From a virus, in IMG/VR virus record IMGVR_UViG_3300042259_000159: a stretch of DNA of 64,000 nt. One strand, written 5' to 3'. Both the position numbers and the translations under genes were made by a program. The notes under the pieces were generated by a model. That model searched no databases. It was not told the origin of the DNA and saw only the letters and a program-made list of their open reading frames with translations. Below are positions 1 through 9,427 of this stretch, piece by piece. Within the stretch, counting starts at the first letter, position 1. Each line of letters starts with the position of its first letter.

Positions 1-407
1 GTATGGGTGTTAAGTATCAACTCGTTCGCGTGAACAACACCGTTGCGCTTTTTCTGGGCCAATCCGCCGTCGTCCATGTACCAAATGGCGATGTGGATTG
101 CAGACAGCCTGTTCAGGAGTTTCCGGTTGTAGATGTTTTTATAGCCATCTTTGTATAATATCCTTCTCAGTGTTTTACCCCATTTAGTTGTGCTTATATA
201 AGTTCGGTAGCTATCAAATCCGTTATTATTTTTGTAGGTGATGTCAGAGCACTTCACCCCTTCGGAACGTAGATACGCGATTTTCCACAGCAAGTAATCT
301 TTTTGAGCTGCGCAGTGCAGTATCGATCCGCTCCCAGTTTTACCTAAGTGTCCGTCGCCCAAGATGACACTTAGTAATGCAGTTCGTGAACTTCTGTTAA
401 ACTTCAT
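1..407 (-). CDS. LAGLIDADG homing endonuclease (3' end cut by window edge)
   Basis: Minus-strand ORF with ATG at 405-407 and RBS (rc of aagcctcc 411-418). Hand translation MKFNRSSRTALLSVILGDGHLGK...IAIWYMDDGGL shows two LAGLIDADG-type motifs. Not in the ORF track because it runs off the window. Confidence 0.7.
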   Translation of the reverse strand, partial: MKFNRSSRTALLSVILGDGHLGKTGSGSILHCAAQKDYLLWKIAYLRSEGVKCSDITYKNNNGFDSYRTYISTTKWGKTLRRILYKDGYKNIYNRKLLNRLSAIHIAIWYMDDGGLAQKKRNGVVHANELILNTH

Positions 408-463
408 GTTAAGCCTCCAAGCACTGTTGTGCTGTTTAAGTCGACATTTAGTCGTTGCACCTT

Positions 464-955
464 CTACCATAAGTAGTTACGGGAGATGTCCTTATAAGAT
501 CTCCGACTACGGATGTCGTCGTAGATATGCTTAGGTATCCCCATAAGGTCTCGAATTTCCTTTGCAGAGTGTCTGCCATCGGCAATCATCTGGCAAATTC
601 TATGCACCTTGTCATCAGGGAGTGTGCTATGTGGACGCTTGCACAACTTGTTCTTGAATGCGTGCTTCCGATTTTCAGATGGCGTCACCCACTCAAGATT
701 GTTCTTGTGGTTATCAATCTTAATCCCATTCTTATGATTGACAACTTTGCCTTCTTCGTAGCCTTGCACATATGTGTAAGCCACAAGTTTATGCACAAAG
801 ATACGAAGAGTCTTTCCTTCAGAGGAGAGGGTTACTCGCTTGTAACCTGTTCTATTAAGGTCAGTGCGCAACACTCTTCCTGTTTCTGAATTTAAGACAA
901 CACCCTCTTCATTAACGAGGTACTTTTCAAAACCTTTTATTGCGACTGGTCTCAC
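464..955 (-). CDS. HNH homing endonuclease
   Basis: Track ORF 163 aa. N-terminal FEKYLVNEEGVV (NUMOD4-like) and HNH core VNHKNGIKIDNHKNNLEWVTPSEN. Confidence 0.8.
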   Translation of the reverse strand: MRPVAIKGFEKYLVNEEGVVLNSETGRVLRTDLNRTGYKRVTLSSEGKTLRIFVHKLVAYTYVQGYEEGKVVNHKNGIKIDNHKNNLEWVTPSENRKHAFKNKLCKRPHSTLPDDKVHRICQMIADGRHSAKEIRDLMGIPKHIYDDIRSRRSYKDISRNYLW

Positions 956-1023
956 ACCTAATCTCCTTATAGTAGCTTGGCTCAGGATTGTCTCTGAGAG
1001 AGTTCCCCTGAATTCACACAGTT

Positions 1024-2010
1024 TTACGCGGGCATCAATTTACCCGCCCCGAAGTAGAAGGTCTCTCCTAGTCTTCGTCCTCTTGTGGCTTTTGTCAGGC
1101 CAAGCCAAGGCCACGGCCTTCCGTATTCGGGCTTAGTTCTTGCTTTTTCTTTTAAGGTAGAACCCTTGACGATACGGGTGTTCTTTGGGACTACAGTCTT
1201 CCACTTGGTGGCTTGCAGACACTCCGCTACCTTCCCTTCGAGGAGACAGTCATTAACATCCTTACACGGAAGCTCAGCAACATGCCCTCCGGGGAAGATA
1301 CGAACAAACTCTTCTGCTGCTTTCTGACCGGGTTCGTCCATGTCAGGGACGTACACTACCTTCTCAAACAGCTGACGAATCTTGTTTGCATGTTGGAGAA
1401 CAGCCTTCTGCACACTTCCTGCTCCTGAAGGAAGGCTCACAACAGCAGGAATGAGATGTTTGTATTGGGTGTTTGCTACGCTATCCCTGAGCATTTGATA
1501 CAAAGACATTGCATCAATCTCACCTTCGGTGATGTACAGAGTCTTTGCTCCAGCTGTGATAGCTTGTTTCCAACCAAAGAACGAAGCCCCTTTCAAAGAG
1601 CCTATAGCCCACATCCTCTTATCTTTCAGGATTCGTGCTTTATAAGCAGTGAGCTGCCCTCCTTCATCCGTGTAAGGAAAGAATACGATGTCAGGAGTAG
1701 AGCCATCCATAGGTGAGACACCTACTTTGACATTGAAATGCTCAAGGGTTTCTTTCCTCAGCTTTCTTGAAGGAAGAGGATGAGAGAGAAGACTAATTAT
1801 GTGTTTAATTTCTTCGTCTATCTCTTCCTTCGTCTTTTTAGCCACTACAGGAGTGTAGCCTTCAGGTTTGTCCTTATAGGGGTCAGGGACATATTTTCCA
1901 CAAGAGAAACAGTAGCCATCATAGCTGCCATCTTCTTGTAAAAACACTTGTAAACCTGAAGCTGTTCCACAAGAGTGAGGCAATTTTTCTACGCATACTC
2001 CTCGTTTCAT
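1024..2010 (-). CDS. DNA primase (zinc-binding domain + TOPRIM)
   Basis: Track ORF 328 aa. Cys-rich N-terminus (CGTASG...CFSCGKY) and TOPRIM acidic motifs (EGEIDAMS, DMDEPGQKAA). Confidence 0.75.
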   Translation of the reverse strand: MKRGVCVEKLPHSCGTASGLQVFLQEDGSYDGYCFSCGKYVPDPYKDKPEGYTPVVAKKTKEEIDEEIKHIISLLSHPLPSRKLRKETLEHFNVKVGVSPMDGSTPDIVFFPYTDEGGQLTAYKARILKDKRMWAIGSLKGASFFGWKQAITAGAKTLYITEGEIDAMSLYQMLRDSVANTQYKHLIPAVVSLPSGAGSVQKAVLQHANKIRQLFEKVVYVPDMDEPGQKAAEEFVRIFPGGHVAELPCKDVNDCLLEGKVAECLQATKWKTVVPKNTRIVKGSTLKEKARTKPEYGRPWPWLGLTKATRGRRLGETFYFGAGKLMPA

Positions 2011-2093
2011 ACCTCCTCCATGTTAGAAGTTAAAGGGGGAATTAACTTCCCCCTATTTATATATACGTCACAGACGAGAGAATGTGACAATTT

Positions 2094-2879
2094 TTATTGC
2101 ATATAATTCCGAATTGCTCTAGCGTATGCTTCAAGAGCAGTGCCCATAATGCCCGGAGCAGTGTTCACTTCCAAGACGTAAGCCATATTCGCCCGCTGGT
2201 TGTAGATAACATCCACTGCTCCGAAGTCAAGCCCAAGAGCTTTAACAGCGAGGAGAGCCTGATTCTGAACTTGGAAGGGGCAGGTGTCATTTACGTCAGC
2301 TCCGTCTTTGTCAGTCCGAACAAAGATGAATCCCTTCTCATGGTTGCGGATACGCCAATCCACATTCTTAATATTCATTTCGGGATTGAGGGCTTTCCTC
2401 GTGATGTCGATGATTCTCCCGTTAAAGACATGGACACGATACTCCTGCTTTTTCTTGATGTAAGCAGTGTAGAGAGGAGCCTCAGGAACTTTGCCATGAG
2501 GCTCCACCAATTCAATTCCCTTTCCGCCATACCCAACGAGAGTGTGACGAACGACTACACAACCTCCGTTTTCCGCCCACAACTGAGCTCTGTCTCGGTC
2601 GATAGTGAAGGCGGGAAAATTGACATACTCTTCATCTTCAAACACTTCAAAAGTACGAAGCTTGTTGGAAGCAATTGCCACTGCCTCAAAGTCGTTAAGC
2701 ACACGACAATCCTCAGGGATGTGCTTAGGACGGGTAGAGCAGCCCCAGTTGAGCACCATTTTATCGGGGGTCCATTTCCACTTGCTGCGTTCAGCTCGAA
2801 TGCGGAGAACACCCAATTCAGTAGCAAGGGCTTTAGCGGACGTAGACTCCATTTTGTAAGGCAGAATAAACAGTTTCAT
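2094..2879 (-). CDS. ATP-grasp family ligase
   Basis: Track ORF 261 aa. Glycine-rich loop GYGGKGIE and C-terminal VLEVNTAPG typical of the ATP-grasp fold. First gene of a tightly packed minus-strand cluster. Confidence 0.75.
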   Translation of the reverse strand: MKLFILPYKMESTSAKALATELGVLRIRAERSKWKWTPDKMVLNWGCSTRPKHIPEDCRVLNDFEAVAIASNKLRTFEVFEDEEYVNFPAFTIDRDRAQLWAENGGCVVVRHTLVGYGGKGIELVEPHGKVPEAPLYTAYIKKKQEYRVHVFNGRIIDITRKALNPEMNIKNVDWRIRNHEKGFIFVRTDKDGADVNDTCPFQVQNQALLAVKALGLDFGAVDVIYNQRANMAYVLEVNTAPGIMGTALEAYARAIRNYMQ

Positions 2880-2889
2880 TTTTTGTCTC

Positions 2890-3714
2890 CTAGATGTCTA
2901 TTAAAGGTTCGTCGATAAACACTGCGTTCATAAAGTCAATGCCATTGACAATAGAGTAGCAGCGATAAAGCTGTCTTTTGAACGAAGCGTTAAAGTCTTC
3001 GTAGGCAAGAGCGAAGGGAAACACTTCCCTCGTAAAGGCTATTGCGTCTTTAGACGCTTCTTTCAGGAGGGCATGAGGGTCTTCAAAAGTACAAGCTTTC
3101 TCCCGAAGAGAGAGGAGAAGGCGGAGCCACTGCTCAATCACTGCGATGTCCACAGTCCCACGCATAGCTCTGAACTCAATCGAACCATACTGAGGCGTAG
3201 CCTTGATGTTCATGCTTGCATAACGAATGTCGTTGTCATCCAAGGCATTAAAGTTCATGCTTTTTGCAAGACCCTCCAGTTTGAAGATGAGTCCTTCCGC
3301 ATCAAAGGAAGAGAGGCAGAAGAGATTGCCTTTACGCGTTTCTCCACAAAACTCCAGAAGAGCGTCTTCATAAAGCAAGTAGAGTATAACAAAGTTGAAC
3401 CACTGGCCCACTGTCAATTTTTGAACGTTAATATGAACATGAACAGATGTTCTGTCCGAGAGGACAACATCCGCTCTCCTGAGATGTTCTCTCAGCATAC
3501 GGAGCCGACGACAAGCCCCCGGGAAGCTGATGGGTTGAGGAAGGACGTATTCCTTCGGGTCATGCCCCCCAATAGGACGAAGAGAAGGTTCGATATGTAC
3601 CTGCCACCCATTCACCTGACGGGGGAGGTCACGACCTTCCACCTCTATTTCAATGCCAATGTCCCCATTCTTAGGGACCAACCCCAGCATATCGGCAATA
3701 GTTATTTCAGCCAT
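2890..3714 (-). CDS. putative amidoligase (glutamine-synthetase-like COOH-NH2 ligase)
   Basis: Track ORF 274 aa. N-terminal GIEIEVEG motif resembles the E-x-E nucleotide/metal site of GS-like amidoligases. Assignment from motif recall only. Confidence 0.45.
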   Translation of the reverse strand: MAEITIADMLGLVPKNGDIGIEIEVEGRDLPRQVNGWQVHIEPSLRPIGGHDPKEYVLPQPISFPGACRRLRMLREHLRRADVVLSDRTSVHVHINVQKLTVGQWFNFVILYLLYEDALLEFCGETRKGNLFCLSSFDAEGLIFKLEGLAKSMNFNALDDNDIRYASMNIKATPQYGSIEFRAMRGTVDIAVIEQWLRLLLSLREKACTFEDPHALLKEASKDAIAFTREVFPFALAYEDFNASFKRQLYRCYSIVNGIDFMNAVFIDEPLIDI

Positions 3715-4268
3715 TCTTCTCCCACCACCTCTTTGATGTAGTTAGCATAGAAGTTGTCTGCCACAATAAACTTTTCTTCATCAATATCTGCCACAGGCAT
3801 AGTCCGATAGAAAAGACTCCGCTCCCCAATAGCGAATTCCCTATGGAAGGCTATGCTTCTTCTTCGAGAACGGTCTTTCTCAAAGCATTCTTCCACCGTA
3901 GGGTAGTCGGCTATAATGGTCTTTGCCAAGTCTCTTACATTGGGTTGAGCACTTATCCCTACATAGTTGGAACGAAGGTCCAGACGGTCAAGAACCAATC
4001 CTTGCTTCTGCTTCCGATGGGGCCAGCGAGCCACATACATTGAGACCCCAACTAGGGTGTTCACATAGCCCAAAGGAGGAGAGGCAAAGTCCCATCCCTC
4101 ATCCCTAATGTGGATGCGAGCATCTTCTCCTTCTTCATCAAGAATGTCATACCCATTAGCAAATCCATCTTCCACATGCCGGATGTAGAAGGGGCTGCCA
4201 TTATACCTCACTACCGTTCCTGCCAGACGCATATTAGCGTCATGGTCGTTATTAAATTTCAACAGCAT
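3702..4268 (-). CDS. hypothetical protein within amidoligase cluster
   Basis: Track ORF 188 aa; overlaps neighbours by a few codons, consistent with operon packing. Confidence 0.5.
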   Translation of the reverse strand: MLLKFNNDHDANMRLAGTVVRYNGSPFYIRHVEDGFANGYDILDEEGEDARIHIRDEGWDFASPPLGYVNTLVGVSMYVARWPHRKQKQGLVLDRLDLRSNYVGISAQPNVRDLAKTIIADYPTVEECFEKDRSRRRSIAFHREFAIGERSLFYRTMPVADIDEEKFIVADNFYANYIKEVVGEEWLK

Positions 4269-5043
4269 GGGGCACTCCCAGATTGTACTTCTTAATAAGA
4301 GCGACTGCCGAATCTACATCCGAAGTGTTGATGATGTTGGTGATGTCTCCCTCTTCCTCAGCCAAGTCTCTTCCTGCAAGCAAGTCAACAACAGCTTGTC
4401 GGGAAGCGGAGAACACCCAACGCATCAGACGCTCTTCTTTAAGCCAAGCATTGGACAGAGTGCGATATTCCATGCCGTAAGGCTTAACACGAAAAGCCCC
4501 TGCCTTCCCGTAGAGTTCTCTCCTTTTGGTGTCCTTGTCGAACAGAAGAGAAGGCAATCCAAGGTAGAAATCCAGCTGCCGTGCAAGCTGACACGAAGCA
4601 AGGAAAGCTCCGAAGTCGTTCACATCATGCTCCATATAGCCGATATGAACATGCCCAGCAGCAGTGCGGAAGTCTCGATTACCGTCAGGAGAAGGGTTGA
4701 TGTCCTGCGTCCACCCATTGTAGTCGGGGTCACACCCCAATTCAAGAGCGGCAGGAGGCTGAGTAGCCATATACTCCTTGCCAAAATGAGCCACAGGCTC
4801 AATGACAATTTCCTCCTTCACCATACGACGAAGCTGAGCGAATACATGCTCAATGTTGCTGACGAAGGTGTTTTCATCAGCTGCCGGCTCAATGTTAAAC
4901 TCAAGAGCCATACCATCCACCTGTACAGCCCCCTTCTCAACAGGGAAAGGGGCTTCCTTAGTCCCGGGAATGAGGCCGTAGCCGGAGATGAACTTCCCAT
5001 TGTCCTTCACAAACAGTTCGGGGTCGGTGCCAATGTATATCAT
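4252..5043 (-). CDS. hypothetical protein, possible second COOH-NH2 ligase-like enzyme
   Basis: Track ORF 263 aa (MIYIGTDPELFV...AAGHVHIGY). Sits between the amidoligase-like gene and the amidotransferases. Family assignment tentative. Confidence 0.4.
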   Translation of the reverse strand: MIYIGTDPELFVKDNGKFISGYGLIPGTKEAPFPVEKGAVQVDGMALEFNIEPAADENTFVSNIEHVFAQLRRMVKEEIVIEPVAHFGKEYMATQPPAALELGCDPDYNGWTQDINPSPDGNRDFRTAAGHVHIGYMEHDVNDFGAFLASCQLARQLDFYLGLPSLLFDKDTKRRELYGKAGAFRVKPYGMEYRTLSNAWLKEERLMRWVFSASRQAVVDLLAGRDLAEEEGDITNIINTSDVDSAVALIKKYNLGVPHAVEI

Positions 5044-5054
5044 GTTATTCCTCC

Positions 5055-6266
5055 TTAAAAGGGTATATTAGAGTCATACAGGGAGACAAAGTCTTTGTCT
5101 TTCAGGCATTCCAAACAAACAGAATCGTATTCCGAGATGATTGCGATTTTCTCATTCCTCTCATAGAACTTCCCGCACCAGTCGCAGGAGTGGTAAGGGT
5201 GATGCGGGTAGCTTATCTTATACTCAATCTTAGGGGCTTCTTCCTCCTTCTGATTGATGGGAATGATGGAACCCACAGTGAAATACGTCTTCTTGTCGAG
5301 CGTTTGCCCGATGAACAATATCTTTGCCCGAAGGGGGACGCCCACAGGAACATCCGAGTTGCCATATGCGAAGTGACGAGCTTCAATATCCTCTCCAATC
5401 ACCTCACCGAAGTAGTCGACATTCTTCCCATATGTGCTTTCCCTTTTGTGGAACTTCACAGTGGCATACTCATCTTCTCGATAGGTGCGAAGATTCCCCA
5501 CTGCTTTTCGTGTTGCCCTCTCCCAATTATTCCACCCTTGGTGGATGTACGTTGTCTTGACAGGAGGCGTGTACGAGCAAGGAGTGAGCTTCTTGGTAGT
5601 GAGTTTAAGGCCGTTGCTCAAGTTCCACGAGTAGAGAACATTTTCTTTCACTTCGCAAGCTTTCATGCAGGGTATTTTGTTTCTCCAACATGCCGCATGA
5701 ATGAAGAAAGGCTCAGAAGCCCAGAACACCACCTTCTTTTCTTTGTCAAGCATATAGTAGAGAGGCCGCTTATCGTTCCGCAGCATGTTGAGCGTGTCTT
5801 CGTTTTCGTCATACCAGACAAGAGCAGCTGCCCCGCAAAGATTCTGCCAAGTGTCTTCCACACCATGTATGGACATATGGTGGTAGATGTTGGAAGAATC
5901 AACATCGAATTTCTTGTAATCCGCCAGAAGATGTTGGGCTGTAAGTGTTCCGTTATGCACTCCTGTAATGTGCCCATGCTGAAACGGATGAGCGTTTTCC
6001 TCGATAATAGTTCCTTTCGTTGCTGCTCTATTATGCCCTATAAGGCATTTCAACACTTGTGAAAAGATAGGCTGTACTTTACCAATGGTGACAAAGTCAT
6101 AGGCTGCCAGAAGAGATTTTTCGATAGTGACTTTCTTCGTATGGCGATTTACTCCAGCGAGACCCACGGAATCAACTCCGCGTATTTCGTCAAAGATGAG
6201 CATATCCTTGACTGCCTTCTCCTCTTTCGTTGTAATCAGTCCAGCTGCTCCAATAATACCACACAT
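5055..6266 (-). CDS. class II (Ntn-type) glutamine amidotransferase domain protein
   Basis: Track ORF 403 aa. Starts MCGIIG, i.e. Cys immediately after Met as in Ntn amidotransferases. Confidence 0.7.
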   Translation of the reverse strand: MCGIIGAAGLITTKEEKAVKDMLIFDEIRGVDSVGLAGVNRHTKKVTIEKSLLAAYDFVTIGKVQPIFSQVLKCLIGHNRAATKGTIIEENAHPFQHGHITGVHNGTLTAQHLLADYKKFDVDSSNIYHHMSIHGVEDTWQNLCGAAALVWYDENEDTLNMLRNDKRPLYYMLDKEKKVVFWASEPFFIHAACWRNKIPCMKACEVKENVLYSWNLSNGLKLTTKKLTPCSYTPPVKTTYIHQGWNNWERATRKAVGNLRTYREDEYATVKFHKRESTYGKNVDYFGEVIGEDIEARHFAYGNSDVPVGVPLRAKILFIGQTLDKKTYFTVGSIIPINQKEEEAPKIEYKISYPHHPYHSCDWCGKFYERNEKIAIISEYDSVCLECLKDKDFVSLYDSNIPF

Positions 6267-6391
6267 AGAATACTCCTTTTTCGCACAGAAAAGGGGTTTT
6301 AAGCCCCGTTTATTTGTTTTGTGGACAATGAGATGTCATTGCATCTACCATCGCTTAGAACCAATTCTCGAAAGAATTGGCTCCAAGAGGG

Positions 6392-7006
6392 TTAGATGCC
6401 GAATACATCCTTCAGTACAGTGAAGAACAGCGTTCGAGTGTCATCCTTCCCACCATATTCAGGATGGGGTTGGAAGCACAGGCTCTTAGTCTTCGGGTAG
6501 ACGACAATTTCAGCTTGGTCGTCACGAAGAACAGAGCGCACCCTTCTTTCAGCCGAGAGAAGAGTGTTGTCGATGCAGTCTTCCACTTCTCCGAATCCTT
6601 CAAGACGACCATGACGGGCAGGAATCATCATCTGGTGGTGAGTGGAGGTGACTTTGTACTTTTCTCCCCTCCAATCGAGAGTGTGTGTGCCTCTGATGGC
6701 ATGACCCGTGACATCCTGCCGCATACTTCCACCATTCATCACATTGAGGAATTGCCCCCCACGGCATATTCCCACCAATGCTGCGTTGTGTTGTGTGGCA
6801 AAGAGGTAGTTGGTTATGTCAGCAATGTCTCGCTGAATACAATTATGGGAAGCCCTGTTGAGTTCACCATACAGAGAAGGGGTGACATCATATCCGCCAG
6901 AGAACACAAAGAGGTCAGCTTCCTCCATCTGTGTTGTCATCTGGTAGCCTGCATTGAGGAACATGGTGGACACAGCAATGTCTTGCGTAGACATAAAGAA
7001 TTTCAT
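6392..7006 (-). CDS. class I glutamine amidotransferase-like protein (gamma-glutamyl hydrolase type)
   Basis: Track ORF 204 aa. Nucleophile elbow GICRGGQ. Confidence 0.7.
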   Translation of the reverse strand: MKFFMSTQDIAVSTMFLNAGYQMTTQMEEADLFVFSGGYDVTPSLYGELNRASHNCIQRDIADITNYLFATQHNAALVGICRGGQFLNVMNGGSMRQDVTGHAIRGTHTLDWRGEKYKVTSTHHQMMIPARHGRLEGFGEVEDCIDNTLLSAERRVRSVLRDDQAEIVVYPKTKSLCFQPHPEYGGKDDTRTLFFTVLKDVFGI

Positions 7007-7815
7007 CGAAATCTCCTCAGGTTGTCTATTGTGTTGACGACAATTTCATCAGTGCCGGGAATATCTTTGTCGTATTCCAGCATGAGAGTATTGCCATTCC
7101 GTGTCACTCTTTTCCCGCTCTCTTTGAGAGCAGATTCAATAAGGTCTATGACAAGAGGCCGATTGGTGTAACGGTTCAGAGTTTTTTCTACTCCTCTGCC
7201 CCAGTCACCCCCATTAAACGGGTCATCCAAGTGCCTTTTTTCCAACTGCTCCCCGTATATGAAGGCGGACGCAGACCTCACCGTAAGACCAGTATCGAAG
7301 AGGGAATGAGGTCCTCTTCTCGACGCAATATATTTCTCCCCACGATAGAAGTAGGCACTAAGCAACGCCACGGGTGGAGACACTTCAAACTTCTTCATAT
7401 ACTCCACCATCTTTTCTATACGGAAATCCTCATGGACGTCCCACGGAAGACGAGCAAGAGTAGCTGCCGTCAGCAAGATGTTTCTGGGAGCGTCCAGAGA
7501 AATGTACACCCCTCCTTTCTTCTTGTTTGTGTTGTTCTCATAATAGCCCTTGAAGCCGCTTTTCTTGAACAGCCAAGGCCAGTAGTGTTCTTTCAAGAAC
7601 TCACCTTCAGACCTAATACCTCCTGCCGGCCCGGGGACACAGCAGAGGTGAGTATATCCATTTTTGAGGGTGTGCGAATTCTTGAGCCATGCAAGGCACA
7701 CTTCGTTCGGAAAAGATTCACACTCTCTCGTTTTTTCGTTCACGAGAAGGTAGGGTTGAGACCTTACGTTATCATCCTCCTGACATTTCTTCACTTCCTT
7801 AAAGAAACTCCTCAT
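7003..7815 (-). CDS. hypothetical protein (last gene of amidoligase cluster)
   Basis: Track ORF 270 aa; stop overlaps the start of the class I amidotransferase gene. Confidence 0.5.
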   Translation of the reverse strand: MRSFFKEVKKCQEDDNVRSQPYLLVNEKTRECESFPNEVCLAWLKNSHTLKNGYTHLCCVPGPAGGIRSEGEFLKEHYWPWLFKKSGFKGYYENNTNKKKGGVYISLDAPRNILLTAATLARLPWDVHEDFRIEKMVEYMKKFEVSPPVALLSAYFYRGEKYIASRRGPHSLFDTGLTVRSASAFIYGEQLEKRHLDDPFNGGDWGRGVEKTLNRYTNRPLVIDLIESALKESGKRVTRNGNTLMLEYDKDIPGTDEIVVNTIDNLRRFR

Positions 7816-8077
7816 GTTTCTCTCCTTTCTTCTCTCTGTATAATATATATATATATATTATATAATAATATATATTATACAGAAGTTAATAGTTTAGTTA
7901 AGAGCAGGAAATCCTGCCCTCTCTAAAGTATTAACAGTAAGGGTCTTCGTCCTCTATCGACCAGTCAATCGGCTCCTCAGGCATAATCGTCACCATTTAT
8001 TTGCGAGTAATCTATTCCTTGTTATTGAAAGTTTCTTGTCACATTTTCCATTTTCCAACGTATAATATATTAAGAGA

Positions 8078-8479
8078 CTAGTTCTTGCGACACCAGATTC
8101 CGTCACAAGACGGAGGCTTATTCATCTGGTCAACGTGGAGAGACACACTCTCAATAGGGTATACAATCATGTTATCGTCCCCTTCTTCTTCCACATTGAG
8201 GTAGTAGGACGACTGTTTTTCAAAGTCAAAGTACCTCACTGATGTAACTTTCAGACAAACATGAGCGTTCTCTTTGTAGAAGAAGTCCCCAACATCAAGG
8301 TCGGTGAAAGCCCTCTTCAGGCTAGTATGTCGGCTAACAACTGCAACTCTGGTCATACTCTCTTCTCCTTCGTTTTCTTCCTTACCTTTCAGATAGGGAA
8401 TTTTCAATATTGCAAACACGCTGATACCCATAGCCGCTACCAGAAAGAAAGCTTCACTCCATAACATAGGAGGCTCCAT
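8078..8479 (-). CDS. membrane protein
   Basis: Track ORF 133 aa with hydrophobic N-terminal helix (LWSEAFFLVAAMGISVFAIL). Confidence 0.45.
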   Translation of the reverse strand: MEPPMLWSEAFFLVAAMGISVFAILKIPYLKGKEENEGEESMTRVAVVSRHTSLKRAFTDLDVGDFFYKENAHVCLKVTSVRYFDFEKQSSYYLNVEEEGDDNMIVYPIESVSLHVDQMNKPPSCDGIWCRKN

Positions 8480-8481
8480 GA

Positions 8482-8718
8482 TTAGCGTTCAAGCCAAGAA
8501 TACTCTTCAGTAATACGGAAAAGTGAACAAAGTGGGTATTTATATACGACACGCTTCTTATCTTCCTCAACCAAAATACAGAAAAGACCGCCTTTTGTAT
8601 ATGTGTTGACGACATTCTCAAGCGTAATTGGTTGGCTGGATTCATTTCTATGTATTGAAATTTTCATACCTTTCTCAATAGCGTCAGTCATTGTACTACT
8701 CCTTTTAAGTATGCGCAC
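8482..8718 (-). CDS. hypothetical protein
   Basis: Track ORF 78 aa, co-directional and tightly packed with neighbours. Confidence 0.4.
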   Translation of the reverse strand: MRILKRSSTMTDAIEKGMKISIHRNESSQPITLENVVNTYTKGGLFCILVEEDKKRVVYKYPLCSLFRITEEYSWLER

Positions 8719-8963
8719 CCTACGTATATAGAGCCGATGTGGAATTTCGTACCCTTAAGTTCAGGCTGTTTCCTTCCAACTTTCTTCAGAAATCTTCTGA
8801 AAGCACGGAGGGTACGACAGGGAGGCCCATGACTGGAGAAGCCTTTCTCTGTCGTACACTCTTCAAGCGGAAGCCAGATGCCATCACAATACCAGAGACC
8901 ATCGGACGCAGGTCTCCAGAAGTAACGTCGCAAACGGGCACCTCGCGAGCTAAAAAGTTTCAT
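8688..8963 (-). CDS. hypothetical protein
   Basis: Track ORF 91 aa. Confidence 0.35.
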   Translation of the reverse strand: MKLFSSRGARLRRYFWRPASDGLWYCDGIWLPLEECTTEKGFSSHGPPCRTLRAFRRFLKKVGRKQPELKGTKFHIGSIYVGCAYLKGVVQ

Positions 8964-9028
8964 CAGTCTCCCCTACCTTGTAAATGGCACTATTTTTCAA
9001 AACCCTGTCTAGGCTTTTTGCAGACATC

Positions 9029-9274
9029 TTACTTCCTCCTCTCCATCCATATCTGACGTATCTCTTGGAAGAGACTAAGACCTTCATGAAGAATAAGTGC
9101 AAGCACCCCTACCCAAGACAACACCGCAACAATAGCACAAACGATGAGTGCCTCACCAAATGTGTTGACATAACATCCATACGTCCTTTGTAGGCCAATA
9201 AGGACTAGGCAGCCTATATATGCAACAACTACCCCGCTCAGGTAAGTGGAAACGACAAGCTCTATTCCCGTCAT
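9029..9274 (-). CDS. small membrane protein (two hydrophobic helices)
   Basis: Track ORF 81 aa, strongly hydrophobic. Confidence 0.45.
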   Translation of the reverse strand: MTGIELVVSTYLSGVVVAYIGCLVLIGLQRTYGCYVNTFGEALIVCAIVAVLSWVGVLALILHEGLSLFQEIRQIWMERRK

Positions 9275-9427
9275 TTTACTTCCTCCGTGCTTTGTCCAGC
9301 ATCATCCTCTGGTTTTCAGACAGTTGTCCCCAATACACTTGGGGATTGTACAAGGCTTTCCACGAGGGCAGACGCAGTTCCTTAGCCAGTGACTTTTCTA
9401 TTGCGTTAGGCATAACCTTCATCCTTG

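Noticed and set aside
2097-7171. Long plus-strand ORFs (e.g. 2097-2918, 4267-5058, 5190-6062, 6377-7171)
   Set aside because: They lie antisense to a densely packed minus-strand operon with recognisable enzyme motifs, have low-complexity Ser/Leu/Arg-rich translations and no RBS.
7816-8077. TATATA-rich low-complexity tracts (also near 12400-12560, 39700-39850, 55340-55400, 61530-61660) as a specific repeat family
   Set aside because: They are AT-rich simple sequence of varying composition rather than a defined repeat unit; they probably mark intergenic promoter or terminator regions.
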